Assembly: GCA_038858525.1 (NCBI GenBank)
Contig: JAWCFL010000011.1
Span: forward strand, 30,545 to 62,544
DNA length: 32,000 nucleotides
From: Candidatus Jordarchaeales archaeon
GTDB taxonomy: Archaea; Asgardarchaeota; Jordiarchaeia; Jordiarchaeales; Freyrarchaeaceae
Direction of reading: 5' to 3'
Shown here one piece after another: positions 1 to 9,184 of this stretch. Every line of letters begins with the position of its first letter. Within the stretch, counting starts at the first letter, position 1. A model generated the notes under the pieces. It worked only from the letters and a program-made list of their open reading frames with translations. It did no database searches and was not told the origin of the DNA. The position numbers and the translations under genes were made by a program.

Positions 1-2
1 CA

Positions 3-836
3 GTTGTCGACGCTGTGCAACTTCAAGGCAAGGAGCTCTCGTTTAACAACATTCTTGACCTAAACGCAGCACTCGAGATTATAAGGGAGTTTTCAAAACC
101 AATGGCGGTTGTAATTAAGCACACGAACCCGTGCGGAGCAGCAACAGGTGAAACGATACGTGATGCTTACGTGAGGGCTAGGGAAAGCGACCCTGTATCG
201 GCATACGGTAGCATAGTGGGCTTAAACGGGAAAGTAGATCTTGATACGGCAAGGGAGATTACTTCAACATTCGTCGAGGCGGTCATTGCACCCGGCTATA
301 CAGAAGACGCTTTAGAGGAGCTTAAAAAGAAGGAGAGCTTAAGGGTGCTTATGCTGCCCACCATTAAAAGGCGGGAGGCAGGCATCGACTTCAGAAGGGT
401 AGTCGGCGGGTTACTTGTCCAAAGTGAAGACTTGACTGAGGAAGACTTTCCAGATTTTAAAGTTGTTAGTGCCAGAGAGCCAACGGAGAGAGAAGTCCAA
501 TCGGCATTGTTCGGATGGAGGATAGTCAAACACGTGAAGTCGAACGCAATAGTGATCGCCAATGGGGAGTGGGTTGTAGGAGTAGGAGCAGGACAGATGA
601 GCAGGGTGGACTCAGCGAAGATCGCGCTAGAGAAAGCGGGAGGCAGAGCAAAGGGAGGAGTGCTTGCGTCAGACGGCTTCATTCCCTTCAGGGATACTGT
701 TGACGCCGCCGCCGAGGCAGGGGTAACATGTATTATACAGCCTGGTGGTTCCAAAAGAGACGAAGAAGTTATAGAGGCGGCAAACGAGCACGGTATGGCC
801 ATGATCCATACAGGCATAAGGCACTTCAAGCACTAG
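3..836 (+). CDS. purH: Bifunctional AICAR transformylase/IMP cyclohydrolase PurH, C-terminal part (5' end outside window)
   Basis: Frame is open from the window edge. Motifs GKELSFNNILD, KHTNPCGAA, IGAGQMSRVDS-like (VGAGQMSRVDS), ASDGFIPFRD, IIQPGGSKRD and terminal RHFKH. Confidence 0.95.
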   Translation, partial: VVDAVQLQGKELSFNNILDLNAALEIIREFSKPMAVVIKHTNPCGAATGETIRDAYVRARESDPVSAYGSIVGLNGKVDLDTAREITSTFVEAVIAPGYTEDALEELKKKESLRVLMLPTIKRREAGIDFRRVVGGLLVQSEDLTEEDFPDFKVVSAREPTEREVQSALFGWRIVKHVKSNAIVIANGEWVVGVGAGQMSRVDSAKIALEKAGGRAKGGVLASDGFIPFRDTVDAAAEAGVTCIIQPGGSKRDEEVIEAANEHGMAMIHTGIRHFKH

Positions 837-856
837 GCGTACGAGGAAGGGAGAAT

Positions 857-2032
857 TTGCCTGCACCACTAGAAGGGATTACCGTCCTAGATTTAACTAG
901 GCTTCTCCCTGGTCCCTTCTGCTCAATGATTTTAGGAGACTTGGGAGCAAATGTGATAAAAATCGAGTCAGTACGGTTAGGCGACTGGACGAGGTGGGTT
1001 CCACCTTTTATCCAGAGTGAAAGCGCTATTTTTCTTTCCGTTAACAGAAACAAGAAAAGTGTAACTTTAAACCTGAGGAGCGAAGAAGGACTTGAAATAT
1101 TCTATAGGATGGTTAGGAGGAGCGATGTGATCCTTGAGGGGTTTAGGCCGGGCGTGGCTAGAAGGCTTAGAATAGATTATGATACAGTGAGGAAAATTAA
1201 CCCACGAATAGTATACTGCTCTATTTCGGGCTTCGGCCAGAACGGACCTTACGCTGAGAGAAGTGGACACGACGTCAATTATGTAGGAATAGGGGGAGTA
1301 CTCGATTTAACGGGAGTGAGGGATGAGCCACCTGTTATTCCCGGAGTGCCGATAGCTGACTTGGCAGGCGGCATGGCTGGAGTAATCGGCGTGCTAGCAG
1401 CCCTCTTGGCTAGAGAAAAAACAGGTGTAGGCCAGTATGTTGACGTTTCAATGCTGGACATCGTAGTTTCTTGGCTTTCAATTTACGCTGGTATGCACCT
1501 AATTGGGGGAGTTACTGTTAGTAGAGGAAGTAACATATTAGCGGGGGGTATAGGTAGTTATGGTGTTTTCGAAACGAAAGATGGAAAGTACATTACGCTA
1601 GGGATACTGGAAGAGCACTTCTGGAGAAATTTCTGTAGAGCCGTAGAAAGACCTGACCTTGAAAAGTACCCTTACCTTTCACTCGAAAGAAGAGACGAGC
1701 TACATGAAATTATTCAGGAGATAATTGTGAATAGGACGCTCAACGAGTGGCTTAGGATTTTTGAAGAGAACGATGTGCCATGCGGCCCGGTCAATAGCCT
1801 ACGTGAAGTATTTTCTGATCCACATGTTTTACATCGCGAAATGGTAACAGAAGTGGAACACGCAAAGGTGGGAAAAATTAAACAAGTCGGGTTTCCATTA
1901 AAGTTCTCTGAGAAGTGGCGCGTAATCAGGCAGCCCCCACCCATTCTGGGGGAGCACACTGTGGAAGTCCTGAGAGAAATAGGGTACAACGACGAAGAAA
2001 TAGAAAACTTTAGGAAGAAGGGGGTAATCTGA
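857..2032 (+). CDS. CaiB/BaiF (family III) CoA-transferase
   Basis: LEGITVLDLTRLLPGPFCSMILGDLGANVIKIE, NRNKKSVTLNL, EGFRPGV, SISGFGQNGP, GHDVNY, PPILGEHT. Start re-assigned to TTG 857 (GGAAGGGAG upstream) because the ORF-track extension overlaps purH. Confidence 0.92.
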   Translation: MPAPLEGITVLDLTRLLPGPFCSMILGDLGANVIKIESVRLGDWTRWVPPFIQSESAIFLSVNRNKKSVTLNLRSEEGLEIFYRMVRRSDVILEGFRPGVARRLRIDYDTVRKINPRIVYCSISGFGQNGPYAERSGHDVNYVGIGGVLDLTGVRDEPPVIPGVPIADLAGGMAGVIGVLAALLAREKTGVGQYVDVSMLDIVVSWLSIYAGMHLIGGVTVSRGSNILAGGIGSYGVFETKDGKYITLGILEEHFWRNFCRAVERPDLEKYPYLSLERRDELHEIIQEIIVNRTLNEWLRIFEENDVPCGPVNSLREVFSDPHVLHREMVTEVEHAKVGKIKQVGFPLKFSEKWRVIRQPPPILGEHTVEVLREIGYNDEEIENFRKKGVI

Positions 2033-2054
2033 AAGAATTTTAAGGTGATACATT

Positions 2055-3038
2055 GTGAGCGTTAAGTCTAGAGGGGTGCTTATTCCATCGGCTGTTGCAA
2101 TGGTTTTAAAGAAGCAGAAGTACCAGCTTGTTGGGAGGCACTCCGCAGTTAAGCGCTGCCATTGGTTTTACAAGGCGTTGACGGGCAGGGGACACTGTTA
2201 CAAGCAGGAGTGGTATAATATTAGGTCGCATAGGTGTCTTCAAATGACGCCTTGCGCTGTGTTCTGCACCAATCGCTGTCTTCCATGCTGGCGTTTGGAG
2301 CCGGGGGATTTGGGGTTTGAATGGGATCAAATGGCGATACTGAGGGAGGACGTAGATGAGCCGGAGGAAATTGTTGAGGAATGCATTAGGGCGCAACGAA
2401 GAATACTCACTGGTTTTAACCCTGCACACCACCAATTAGTTAGTGAGGAGAAGTGGAGGGAGGCACTTGAGCCTAAGCATGCTGCTATAAGTTTAGCAGG
2501 CGAGCCTACTCTTTACTCTGAACTGGGAGGCCTTATAGAGGCCTTCCACAGAAGGGGGATGACTACGTTTCTTGTGACAAATGGAGTGGTTCCCGAGAGG
2601 CTTGAGGAGATAGAGGAGCCGACGCAGCTTTACCTTACACTTTACGCTCCATCTGAGGATGTCTATAAGCAGGTTTGTAGGCCTCTCCTAAAAGACGCTT
2701 GGAGCAGAGTTGTTGAAAGCCTAAGCTTACTGAGAAGTTTTAGTTGCCCGACGGTAGTGAGGCTTACTTTAGTTAAAGGGTTAAACTTTATGGAGCCAGA
2801 GAAGTACGCTGAGCTCATAAAGTTGGCTGAGCCCACTTATGTAGAGTGCAAAAGCTACGTGTCGGTTGGAATGTCCCTTAGAAGAGGTTTAAACAATAGT
2901 AACATGGTGGGTGTTGGCGAATTAAGGTTATTTGCAGAAAAGATAGGAGAGGAGTTAGGGTATAACATTATAGGGGAGTCTGTTTCGAGTAGAGTTATCT
3001 TGTTGAGTAAGCTTAGCAAACCGATAAAAGTGGCTTAA
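2055..3038 (+). CDS. tyw1: tRNA 4-demethylwyosine synthase (radical SAM, TYW1/Taw1)
   Basis: HSAVKRCHW, CYKQEWYNIRSHRCLQMTP, radical-SAM CxxxCxxC (CTNRCLPC-WR), AAISLAGEPTLY, TFLVTNG. Confidence 0.93.
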   Translation: MSVKSRGVLIPSAVAMVLKKQKYQLVGRHSAVKRCHWFYKALTGRGHCYKQEWYNIRSHRCLQMTPCAVFCTNRCLPCWRLEPGDLGFEWDQMAILREDVDEPEEIVEECIRAQRRILTGFNPAHHQLVSEEKWREALEPKHAAISLAGEPTLYSELGGLIEAFHRRGMTTFLVTNGVVPERLEEIEEPTQLYLTLYAPSEDVYKQVCRPLLKDAWSRVVESLSLLRSFSCPTVVRLTLVKGLNFMEPEKYAELIKLAEPTYVECKSYVSVGMSLRRGLNNSNMVGVGELRLFAEKIGEELGYNIIGESVSSRVILLSKLSKPIKVA

Positions 3039-3128
3039 ACACGATTTTTTAAAGCGCAGGGCACAACCTTTAAACGTTTTAGGCTTTTCGGTATGCTGAA
3101 GAGAAAAGGTGCTACTAGGTGGCTCTTC

Positions 3129-3770
3129 ATGCCCATTAGAGATATTATCCTTAAAATAATAGAGGAGCTTGAGGAGAGGGATAAGGTTAGAGAGAAGGTT
3201 TTGTCTCTTTCAAGAGAGGTTGTGAGGCTTGCAGGCTTTGCGATAAGAGCGATGCATAGAGGCGAACTGAGGGATGCTGAGGAAAAGTTGAGGATGGCAG
3301 AGGAGCGCTTAAGTGACGCGGTAGCGACTACGGCAAAGTATGACGAGTTCGCCTACAAGGGCTTTATGACTACGGCATTCCAAGAATACGCTGAAGCTCG
3401 CTTACTTCACGCTTTTATCATGGGCAGAGAAATTCCATCTCCCCAGGAGTTAAACGTTCCCAGTATTCCATACTTGATGGCGCTGGGCGATTTCGTTGGC
3501 GAGCTACGACGTAACGTGTTAATATGCATGAGAGATGGAAGGTTCGAAGACGCTGAAAGAGCTCTGGATTTAATGGAAGAGGTATATGTAAACATGATGC
3601 TTGTCGACTACCCAGAAGTCTCCTCTCTGGGGTTTAGGCAAAAGTGCGACGTCGCCCGTAGCCTCCTAGAAAGGACGAGAGCCGAGGTACTCCTCGTATC
3701 GCAGGAGGCTAAGTTAGCGGAGGGTATAGAGAAGCTCTTGAAGAGATGGAAGGGAGAGAATGAGGTTTAA
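3129..3770 (+). CDS. Archaeal translin/Trax-family (C3PO-like) RNA-binding protein/RNase
   Basis: All-helical protein with DKVREKVLSLSREV, AFQEYAEA, YLMALGDFVGELRR, RQKCDVAR. Start taken at ATG 3129. Confidence 0.85.
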   Translation: MPIRDIILKIIEELEERDKVREKVLSLSREVVRLAGFAIRAMHRGELRDAEEKLRMAEERLSDAVATTAKYDEFAYKGFMTTAFQEYAEARLLHAFIMGREIPSPQELNVPSIPYLMALGDFVGELRRNVLICMRDGRFEDAERALDLMEEVYVNMMLVDYPEVSSLGFRQKCDVARSLLERTRAEVLLVSQEAKLAEGIEKLLKRWKGENEV

Positions 3771-5325
3771 CATTAAAAAACTGCTGGAAAGAGCTGAGGA
3801 AGATTATGAAGCGGCTTGGGTTGAGTCGCGTGAGCTCCTCAAACTAGAGGGGAGATACTTCAGACTTAAGCCTCTTGGAAGAAGCAACGAAATAATGAAT
3901 TTCATAGAAGAAGTGAGAAAAACGCTAGTAGAAATGGGCTTCGAGGAAGTGGTCTTGCCGGTGATCGTTGACGAGAGCGAGGTGCGTAAGGAATATGGCC
4001 CAGAGGCTACTATAATTCTGGATAGAGTGTTCTACCTGGCGGGGTTACCTAGACCCGATGTGGGGCTAAGCAAAGAGGATGCCGAGCGTATTAAGGAGCT
4101 GGTCCCATCGTTTAACGAATTCGAGAAGCTACGGGAGATTCTCAGAAAGTATAAAAAGAGAAAGATAGAAGCAGACGATTTAGTTGAAACAATGGTTAAC
4201 GAATTGTCGTTGCAAGAAGAGGACGCGACGAGAATAATAGACACCGTTTTCCATGCGTTCAAGAACCTTACCCCTGTCCCGTCGCCTCTTACTCTTAGGT
4301 CACACATGACGGCACTATGGTTTCCGGTTCTTAGCGCGATTTACAAGTATAAGTGGAAAGAGTTACCAGTTCAACTTTTCACCGTTGGACAAAAATTTAG
4401 AAGAGAGCAGAAAATTGATCCAACACACCTTTACAGCTCGTACACTGCATCGTTCGTGATAATGACCGAAGAAATAAGTTTGGAGGATGGTAAGAGTATT
4501 GTTCAAGAATTTCTTGGGAGACTAGGGTTCTCGAAGGCGGAGTTTAGACTTAAGAAGGCGACTTCGAAGTATTATGCTCCCCAAACAGAGTTCGAGGTCT
4601 TCATACAGCATCCGGAAACTAGTGAGTGGATAGAAGTTGGAGACTGCGGTTTTTACTCTCCCGTCAGCCTTGCAAAATATGACATAGACGTTCCCGTATT
4701 TAACGCAGGTTTCGGCATTGAAAGGTTTGTCATGATAAGAACTGGAGAAACTGATGTGCGGCGGCTAACGTACCCCTACTTCTACAGACGTGACATCTAC
4801 TCCGACGAAGAAATAGCTGAGGGGATATGCTACGCGGAGAAGCCAGAGACAGAGCTTGGAGAGGAAATAATGAACTCGATAATTAGCGTAGCTGAGGAGC
4901 ACATGCATGCTGACGCACCCTGCAAGTTCACCGCTTGGAAAGGTAAAATTGATAGAGGAGAACTAACCGTGACTGTTTTCGAGGAGGAAAAGGGAGTTAA
5001 ACTACTCGGCCCGGCGGCACTAAATGTAATATGCATTCACGAAGGGAACATTTTAGGTCTTCCGCCATCCGAGGTGAGGGGAACCGTAACTAAGTTAAGG
5101 TACCTGGATGGTGTAGCAGCACTTTTCGCCAGAAAAGTCGAAAAAGAAATTTTAGAGGAAGGAAAGCGTGAGGTTAGTATGAAAGTGAGAATGGCGAAGA
5201 AGCCTTCGGATGTTAATATATACTTGAGTGAACAGGTTAGGCGCTACATTTCCTCAAAAAACAAGAGGATAGACATTAGAGGGCCTGTATTCATAAGCTT
5301 AGCGGCTTCACTAAATGACTCATAA
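3760..5325 (+). CDS. sepS: O-phosphoseryl-tRNA(Cys) synthetase (SepRS)
   Basis: N-terminal MRFN...EDYEAAW, ILDRVFYLAGLPRPDVGLS, TLRSHMT, SKYYAPQTEFEV, class II motif 3 GFGIERF, LLGPAALN. Confidence 0.93.
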   Translation: MRFNIKKLLERAEEDYEAAWVESRELLKLEGRYFRLKPLGRSNEIMNFIEEVRKTLVEMGFEEVVLPVIVDESEVRKEYGPEATIILDRVFYLAGLPRPDVGLSKEDAERIKELVPSFNEFEKLREILRKYKKRKIEADDLVETMVNELSLQEEDATRIIDTVFHAFKNLTPVPSPLTLRSHMTALWFPVLSAIYKYKWKELPVQLFTVGQKFRREQKIDPTHLYSSYTASFVIMTEEISLEDGKSIVQEFLGRLGFSKAEFRLKKATSKYYAPQTEFEVFIQHPETSEWIEVGDCGFYSPVSLAKYDIDVPVFNAGFGIERFVMIRTGETDVRRLTYPYFYRRDIYSDEEIAEGICYAEKPETELGEEIMNSIISVAEEHMHADAPCKFTAWKGKIDRGELTVTVFEEEKGVKLLGPAALNVICIHEGNILGLPPSEVRGTVTKLRYLDGVAALFARKVEKEILEEGKREVSMKVRMAKKPSDVNIYLSEQVRRYISSKNKRIDIRGPVFISLAASLNDS

Positions 5326-5336
5326 GGTGACCAGTT

Positions 5337-6008
5337 TTGAATGAGGAATTATGGTTTACACTGTACGAGATAGCATTAGTAGGGGGATGCGAAGGAGGAA
5401 TTGATATTTCGTCAACGCGTCTTGCAGACCGGCTTGGGGTTAGCCAGCAGACCGCCGCAAGAAGGCTCCAAGACTTAGAGAAAGAGGGACTCATAGTCAG
5501 AGAGATAACGGCTAAGGGGCAAAACATCAAGATAACTAAGGAGGGAGTAAGAAGGCTTTGGGAAGTTTATGTTGGACTTAAAAGAGTTTTTGAGGAGAAG
5601 CCTCAAACAATCAAGGTGAAGGGAGAAGTCTTCAGCGGCATGGGAGAAGGAAGATACTATGTGTCCATTGACGGATATAGGAAGCGTTTTGAAGAAAAGT
5701 TGGGATTCACGCCTTACCCGGGAACATTAAACTTAAAGTTGAAGTCGTATCACGATGTGCAAACGAGAAGACTTCTGGAAGCTTACCCGGGGATCATCAT
5801 AGAGGAGTTCGAAGAAGGAGGACGTACCTTCGGCAGAGTGAAGTGTTTCAGGGCTCTAATCGAAGGTAAGATTGAAGGAAGCCTTTTGCTCATCAACAGG
5901 ACACATTACGGAGATGATGTTGTAGAAATTATCTCCCCCGTATTCCTTAGGGAGGCGCTCAACTTGAAAGATGGAGAAAACGTAACAATATACGTAATCC
6001 TTGAGTAG
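5337..6008 (+). CDS. ribK: CTP-dependent riboflavin kinase with N-terminal winged-HTH (RbkR-type regulator)
   Basis: HTH LADRLGVSQQTAARRL followed by GEVFSGMGEGRYY, LGFTPYPGTLN, RTHY, VEIISPVFLR. AAGGTGA Shine-Dalgarno upstream. Confidence 0.92.
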   Translation: MNEELWFTLYEIALVGGCEGGIDISSTRLADRLGVSQQTAARRLQDLEKEGLIVREITAKGQNIKITKEGVRRLWEVYVGLKRVFEEKPQTIKVKGEVFSGMGEGRYYVSIDGYRKRFEEKLGFTPYPGTLNLKLKSYHDVQTRRLLEAYPGIIIEEFEEGGRTFGRVKCFRALIEGKIEGSLLLINRTHYGDDVVEIISPVFLREALNLKDGENVTIYVILE

Positions 6009-6025
6009 TTGCTGGAGGAAGGGCT

Positions 6026-6508
6026 ATGAGAAAGGTGATGGTCTTCGGAACATTTGATATACTACACGCTGGCCACTTAAAATTCCTAGAAGAAGCGAAG
6101 AAGCTTGGAGGCAAGGATGCGAAGCTTATTGCAGTAATAGCGAGAGATTCTACCGTGCAAAAAGTAAGAGGGCGCCCTCCAATATTCAGCGAAGAAGATA
6201 GAAGGAAATTGATAGAGGGACTAAAGCCGGTTGACGAAGCTATTCTAGGATATGAAGGCGGCGACATGCTTAAAATAGTTGAGGAGAAGAAGCCTGACGT
6301 TATAGTGCTCGGATATGACCAAAGAAAAGACATGGATCAATTCATTGATGAGTTAAGAAGTAGAGGGATCAATGCTGAAGTCTATCGGCTCCCGAAGTAC
6401 GGAGAATTGAACAGCTCAAGTATAATAGTCAAAAAAATAGTTGAAATGGCTAATAAGTGGGGGATTAGTGGGAGAGAGTTAGAGAGGCGGGAGCGGAGCG
6501 GCCGCTAG
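6026..6508 (+). CDS. ribL: Archaeal FAD synthase (cytidylyltransferase fold)
   Basis: VMVFGTFDILHAGH (HxGH), VIARD, PDVIVLGYDQ, SSS motif; directly downstream of ribK. Confidence 0.88.
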   Translation: MRKVMVFGTFDILHAGHLKFLEEAKKLGGKDAKLIAVIARDSTVQKVRGRPPIFSEEDRRKLIEGLKPVDEAILGYEGGDMLKIVEEKKPDVIVLGYDQRKDMDQFIDELRSRGINAEVYRLPKYGELNSSSIIVKKIVEMANKWGISGRELERRERSGR

Positions 6509-7270
6509 GAGGCGAAGCGCCTCTATCTCTTTAAAGTGAAGAGACCCAGTAACGATTAAGATGTGAGGAGGAGACCCAAAATCGTAGTATAAAAGGTTGC
6601 GAGGGTAATCTGCTTTAACGGTTGGGTTCTCGGACCCCGCTCGCGCCACGCCAACCATTAGGGTCTTTTCCAGGAGGGGGGATTGAGAGGATAACTTATG
6701 CTCTAGTTCTAGCAATATTGCTACTCCTTCGTTGACCGTCATGAAACGTTTTTCCTCAGCTCGGACGTCAAGGAAAACCAAGGTGTGTAATCCGCGCTCT
6801 ATGTTCTCTCGAACAACTAGATATGGCGTCTCGGGAAAGTAATTCTCTTCCGGGAAGGGTATTGTTACAGATCTGCCAAACTTATAGTTTTCCAATCCGC
6901 AAATGCTTGGGGCAGCTGAATAAATGGATACGCCATGAATAACACGCGTTTTCACTCCAAGCTTTTCAGCTTCCAGCCTGAGCGCGACATGCGTCGTAGC
7001 CACCATAGGGTCTCCTGGAACAAGAATCGCCACACGCTTATCTCTTGCGCGAGAAAGTATTTCTTCCACATTCTCCTCAACATCTTTTCTGGTGAGAGCG
7101 CGGACATTCTTACCGATCAAGGCTTCTAAGTTATCCTTTGTTAAGCCTCCCATAACGCTTGTGTAAGCTTCAAAGTATACTTCATCTGCAGAACGGGCGG
7201 CATTTAGCCCCTTAAGAGTTATGTCATCGATACCCCACAAGCCTAAGCCAATGAAGATGAGTTCCCCCAA
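6479..7270 (-). CDS. dph5: Diphthine synthase
   Basis: LIFIGLGL...ITLKGL, EAYTS, GDPMVATTH, YKFGRSVTIPF, GLHTLVFLD, FGSPPHILIV. Confidence 0.94.
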   Translation of the reverse strand: MGELIFIGLGLWGIDDITLKGLNAARSADEVYFEAYTSVMGGLTKDNLEALIGKNVRALTRKDVEENVEEILSRARDKRVAILVPGDPMVATTHVALRLEAEKLGVKTRVIHGVSIYSAAPSICGLENYKFGRSVTIPFPEENYFPETPYLVVRENIERGLHTLVFLDVRAEEKRFMTVNEGVAILLELEHKLSSQSPLLEKTLMVGVARAGSENPTVKADYPRNLLYYDFGSPPHILIVTGSLHFKEIEALRLLAAAPLPPL

Positions 7271-7285
7271 AAGAAAACCTCCAAC

Positions 7286-8356
7286 TTAAAGCTCGCGTTT
7301 TATTTCGTTCGGCTTGAAAATGCCTTTCTCGGTAACCATGAAGGTGACGTATTTTGAGGGAGTTAAGTCGAATGAAGGGTTCCTGGCATTAACGTTCGGG
7401 TGTATTTTAATGTGAGTGATTGTTCCTAACTCTGGATTGTATCCTTTCACGTGCGTGATTTCCTCTGATGAGCGCTCCTCAACTTTTACAGATGAACTCG
7501 AAGAGGCGAAAGTTGTAGTAGGCGCTGCGACTATGAACGGAACACCATTCTCATACGCCGTAACCGCGAGCATGTACGTTCCTATTTTGTTTACCACGTC
7601 TCCGTTTGGAAGTATTCTGTCTGCTCCAACTAAGACAGCGTCAACCTCCCTTCTCTGGAGATAATATCCTGCAGCTGAGTCAACTATAAGGCAGTGGGGT
7701 ATTCCTTCTTGGGTTAGCTCCCAACTAGTAAGCCTACCCTGTAGCCAAGGGCGAGTTTCCGTCGCGTAAACAAAGATGTTTTTTCCCTGAGCGTGGGCAA
7801 ATCGAACTATGCTTAGCGCGGTTCCGTAGTCTACTGTTCCAAGCGCGCCTGGGTTGCAATGAACCATGACCTTAGCATTTTTAGGTATTAGGCTACTTCC
7901 CAGCTCGCCTATCCTTCTGCAAGCTTCAAGGTTCTCTTGGGCTATTTTTCTCGCCTCACAAAGGGCTGCTTGAGCGACTTCATCGGAGGAGTTTAAATCT
8001 TCGCACATTCCTAAGACGCGGGTAACCATGTTTTGCATGTCTACAGCTGTAGGCCTCGTGGAAAGAAGGTGGGCGGCAACCTTGCTAAGAAAAGCTTTCA
8101 GCTCCTTTGAAGGGAGATGACGATTTTGAAGAGCTGCTTGAGCTAGCCCATAACATGCGGCTACCCCTATGGCTGGCGCTCCTCTAACCTTCATCATCCT
8201 TATGGCCTCGGCGACTTCCTCCACGTTCTTTGCCCTATAAATTGAAAACTCGAACGGGAGCTTTGTCTGATCGATCATGCAAACAACGTCCTCCTCCATC
8301 CATACGGTTTGGTACTCCCTTACCTCACTACCGATTCTGACTTTCATAGCAACCAT
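7286..8356 (-). CDS. mtnA: Methylthioribose-1-phosphate isomerase (eIF-2B-related family)
   Basis: IDQTKLP, MKVRGAPAIG, TRPTAVD, HCNPGALGT..YGTAL, ETRPWLQG, VGADRI..NGDVVNKIGTY, NPSFDLTP. Confidence 0.85.
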   Translation of the reverse strand: MVAMKVRIGSEVREYQTVWMEEDVVCMIDQTKLPFEFSIYRAKNVEEVAEAIRMMKVRGAPAIGVAACYGLAQAALQNRHLPSKELKAFLSKVAAHLLSTRPTAVDMQNMVTRVLGMCEDLNSSDEVAQAALCEARKIAQENLEACRRIGELGSSLIPKNAKVMVHCNPGALGTVDYGTALSIVRFAHAQGKNIFVYATETRPWLQGRLTSWELTQEGIPHCLIVDSAAGYYLQRREVDAVLVGADRILPNGDVVNKIGTYMLAVTAYENGVPFIVAAPTTTFASSSSSVKVEERSSEEITHVKGYNPELGTITHIKIHPNVNARNPSFDLTPSKYVTFMVTEKGIFKPNEIKREL

Positions 8357-8447
8357 CTCGCAGGGGGGACGTTTTAGCAGATACTAAAAAATCCACGCTC
8401 TAATTTTTAACTCTACGACCACCCCCTAAAATGAAAGGGTAGGGAAG

Positions 8448-9005
8448 TCACTTTTTATATGCAGAAATTAAATCGATCTTTGTAATGATTCCTACTATTT
8501 CTCCCTTGTCCACAACTAGAACAGCGGGGTTCCCGCATATTATTAAGTGACGGACTACGTCTATACTGGTAGACGGGTTCACTGTGGGAAAGCTTTCCTC
8601 CATAAGGTCTCCAACAGTTTTATCAAAAACGTCCTTCCCCTCCGAGAGACGCTTCATTATGGTGCCCTCACTTAGGCTACCAACCAAGCGCCCTTCATCC
8701 ACAACTGGTAGTTGCGATATGCCTTTTTTCTCCATGAGACTAATAGCCTTCCTAACTGGTTCCTTAGTAGATACAGATATGACCGGGGAGAACATTATGT
8801 CCTTGGCGCAGATTTTACTCCTGTCAAACTCGCCCAGCGCGTTAATTATCTTTCTAAGCGTTGAGAGACGTGGGTCTACCGAGCCAGATTCGATCCTAGC
8901 GATTAACGACTGGCTTACGCCAGCCATCCGTGCCAGTTCCTCCTGCGTAATACCTAGGCGCTTCCTCGCTTGTTTAAGATCTTCTGGTGAAGGAAGGTAG
9001 AACAT
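8448..9005 (-). CDS. XRE-family HTH regulator with tandem CBS domains
   Basis: LKQARKRLGITQEELARMAGVSQSLIARIESGSVDPRLSTL followed by two CBS repeats (ISQLPVV; GIITKIDL). Start ATG 9005 with AAGGTGA 5 nt upstream. Confidence 0.9.
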   Translation of the reverse strand: MFYLPSPEDLKQARKRLGITQEELARMAGVSQSLIARIESGSVDPRLSTLRKIINALGEFDRSKICAKDIMFSPVISVSTKEPVRKAISLMEKKGISQLPVVDEGRLVGSLSEGTIMKRLSEGKDVFDKTVGDLMEESFPTVNPSTSIDVVRHLIICGNPAVLVVDKGEIVGIITKIDLISAYKK

Positions 9006-9184
9006 CAACATCACCTTAAAGAAGAGAAAAAAGGTCCTTCTTGAAGCATTATCACTTATAATTGAGGAAAACATTACTTTTAATTTTTCTACGGGTCTGT
9101 TTGTTTTCTAAACTAGAAGGAAATTTATAGGGGCAAGTGGGTCGTTAAATGTGGATGACGCAAAGTTCCTAGAAGGGTTATGCT

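Noticed and set aside
728-856. N-terminal extension of the CoA-transferase ORF
   Set aside because: Overlaps purH by ~110 bp in another frame; homology begins at TTG 857.
6479-6508. Convergent 3' overlaps (ribL/dph5 30 bp; also hypF/HTH 4 bp, cdc6/dp1 14 bp, UPF0148/hef 9 bp)
   Set aside because: Short tail-to-tail overlaps are ordinary in compact archaeal genomes.
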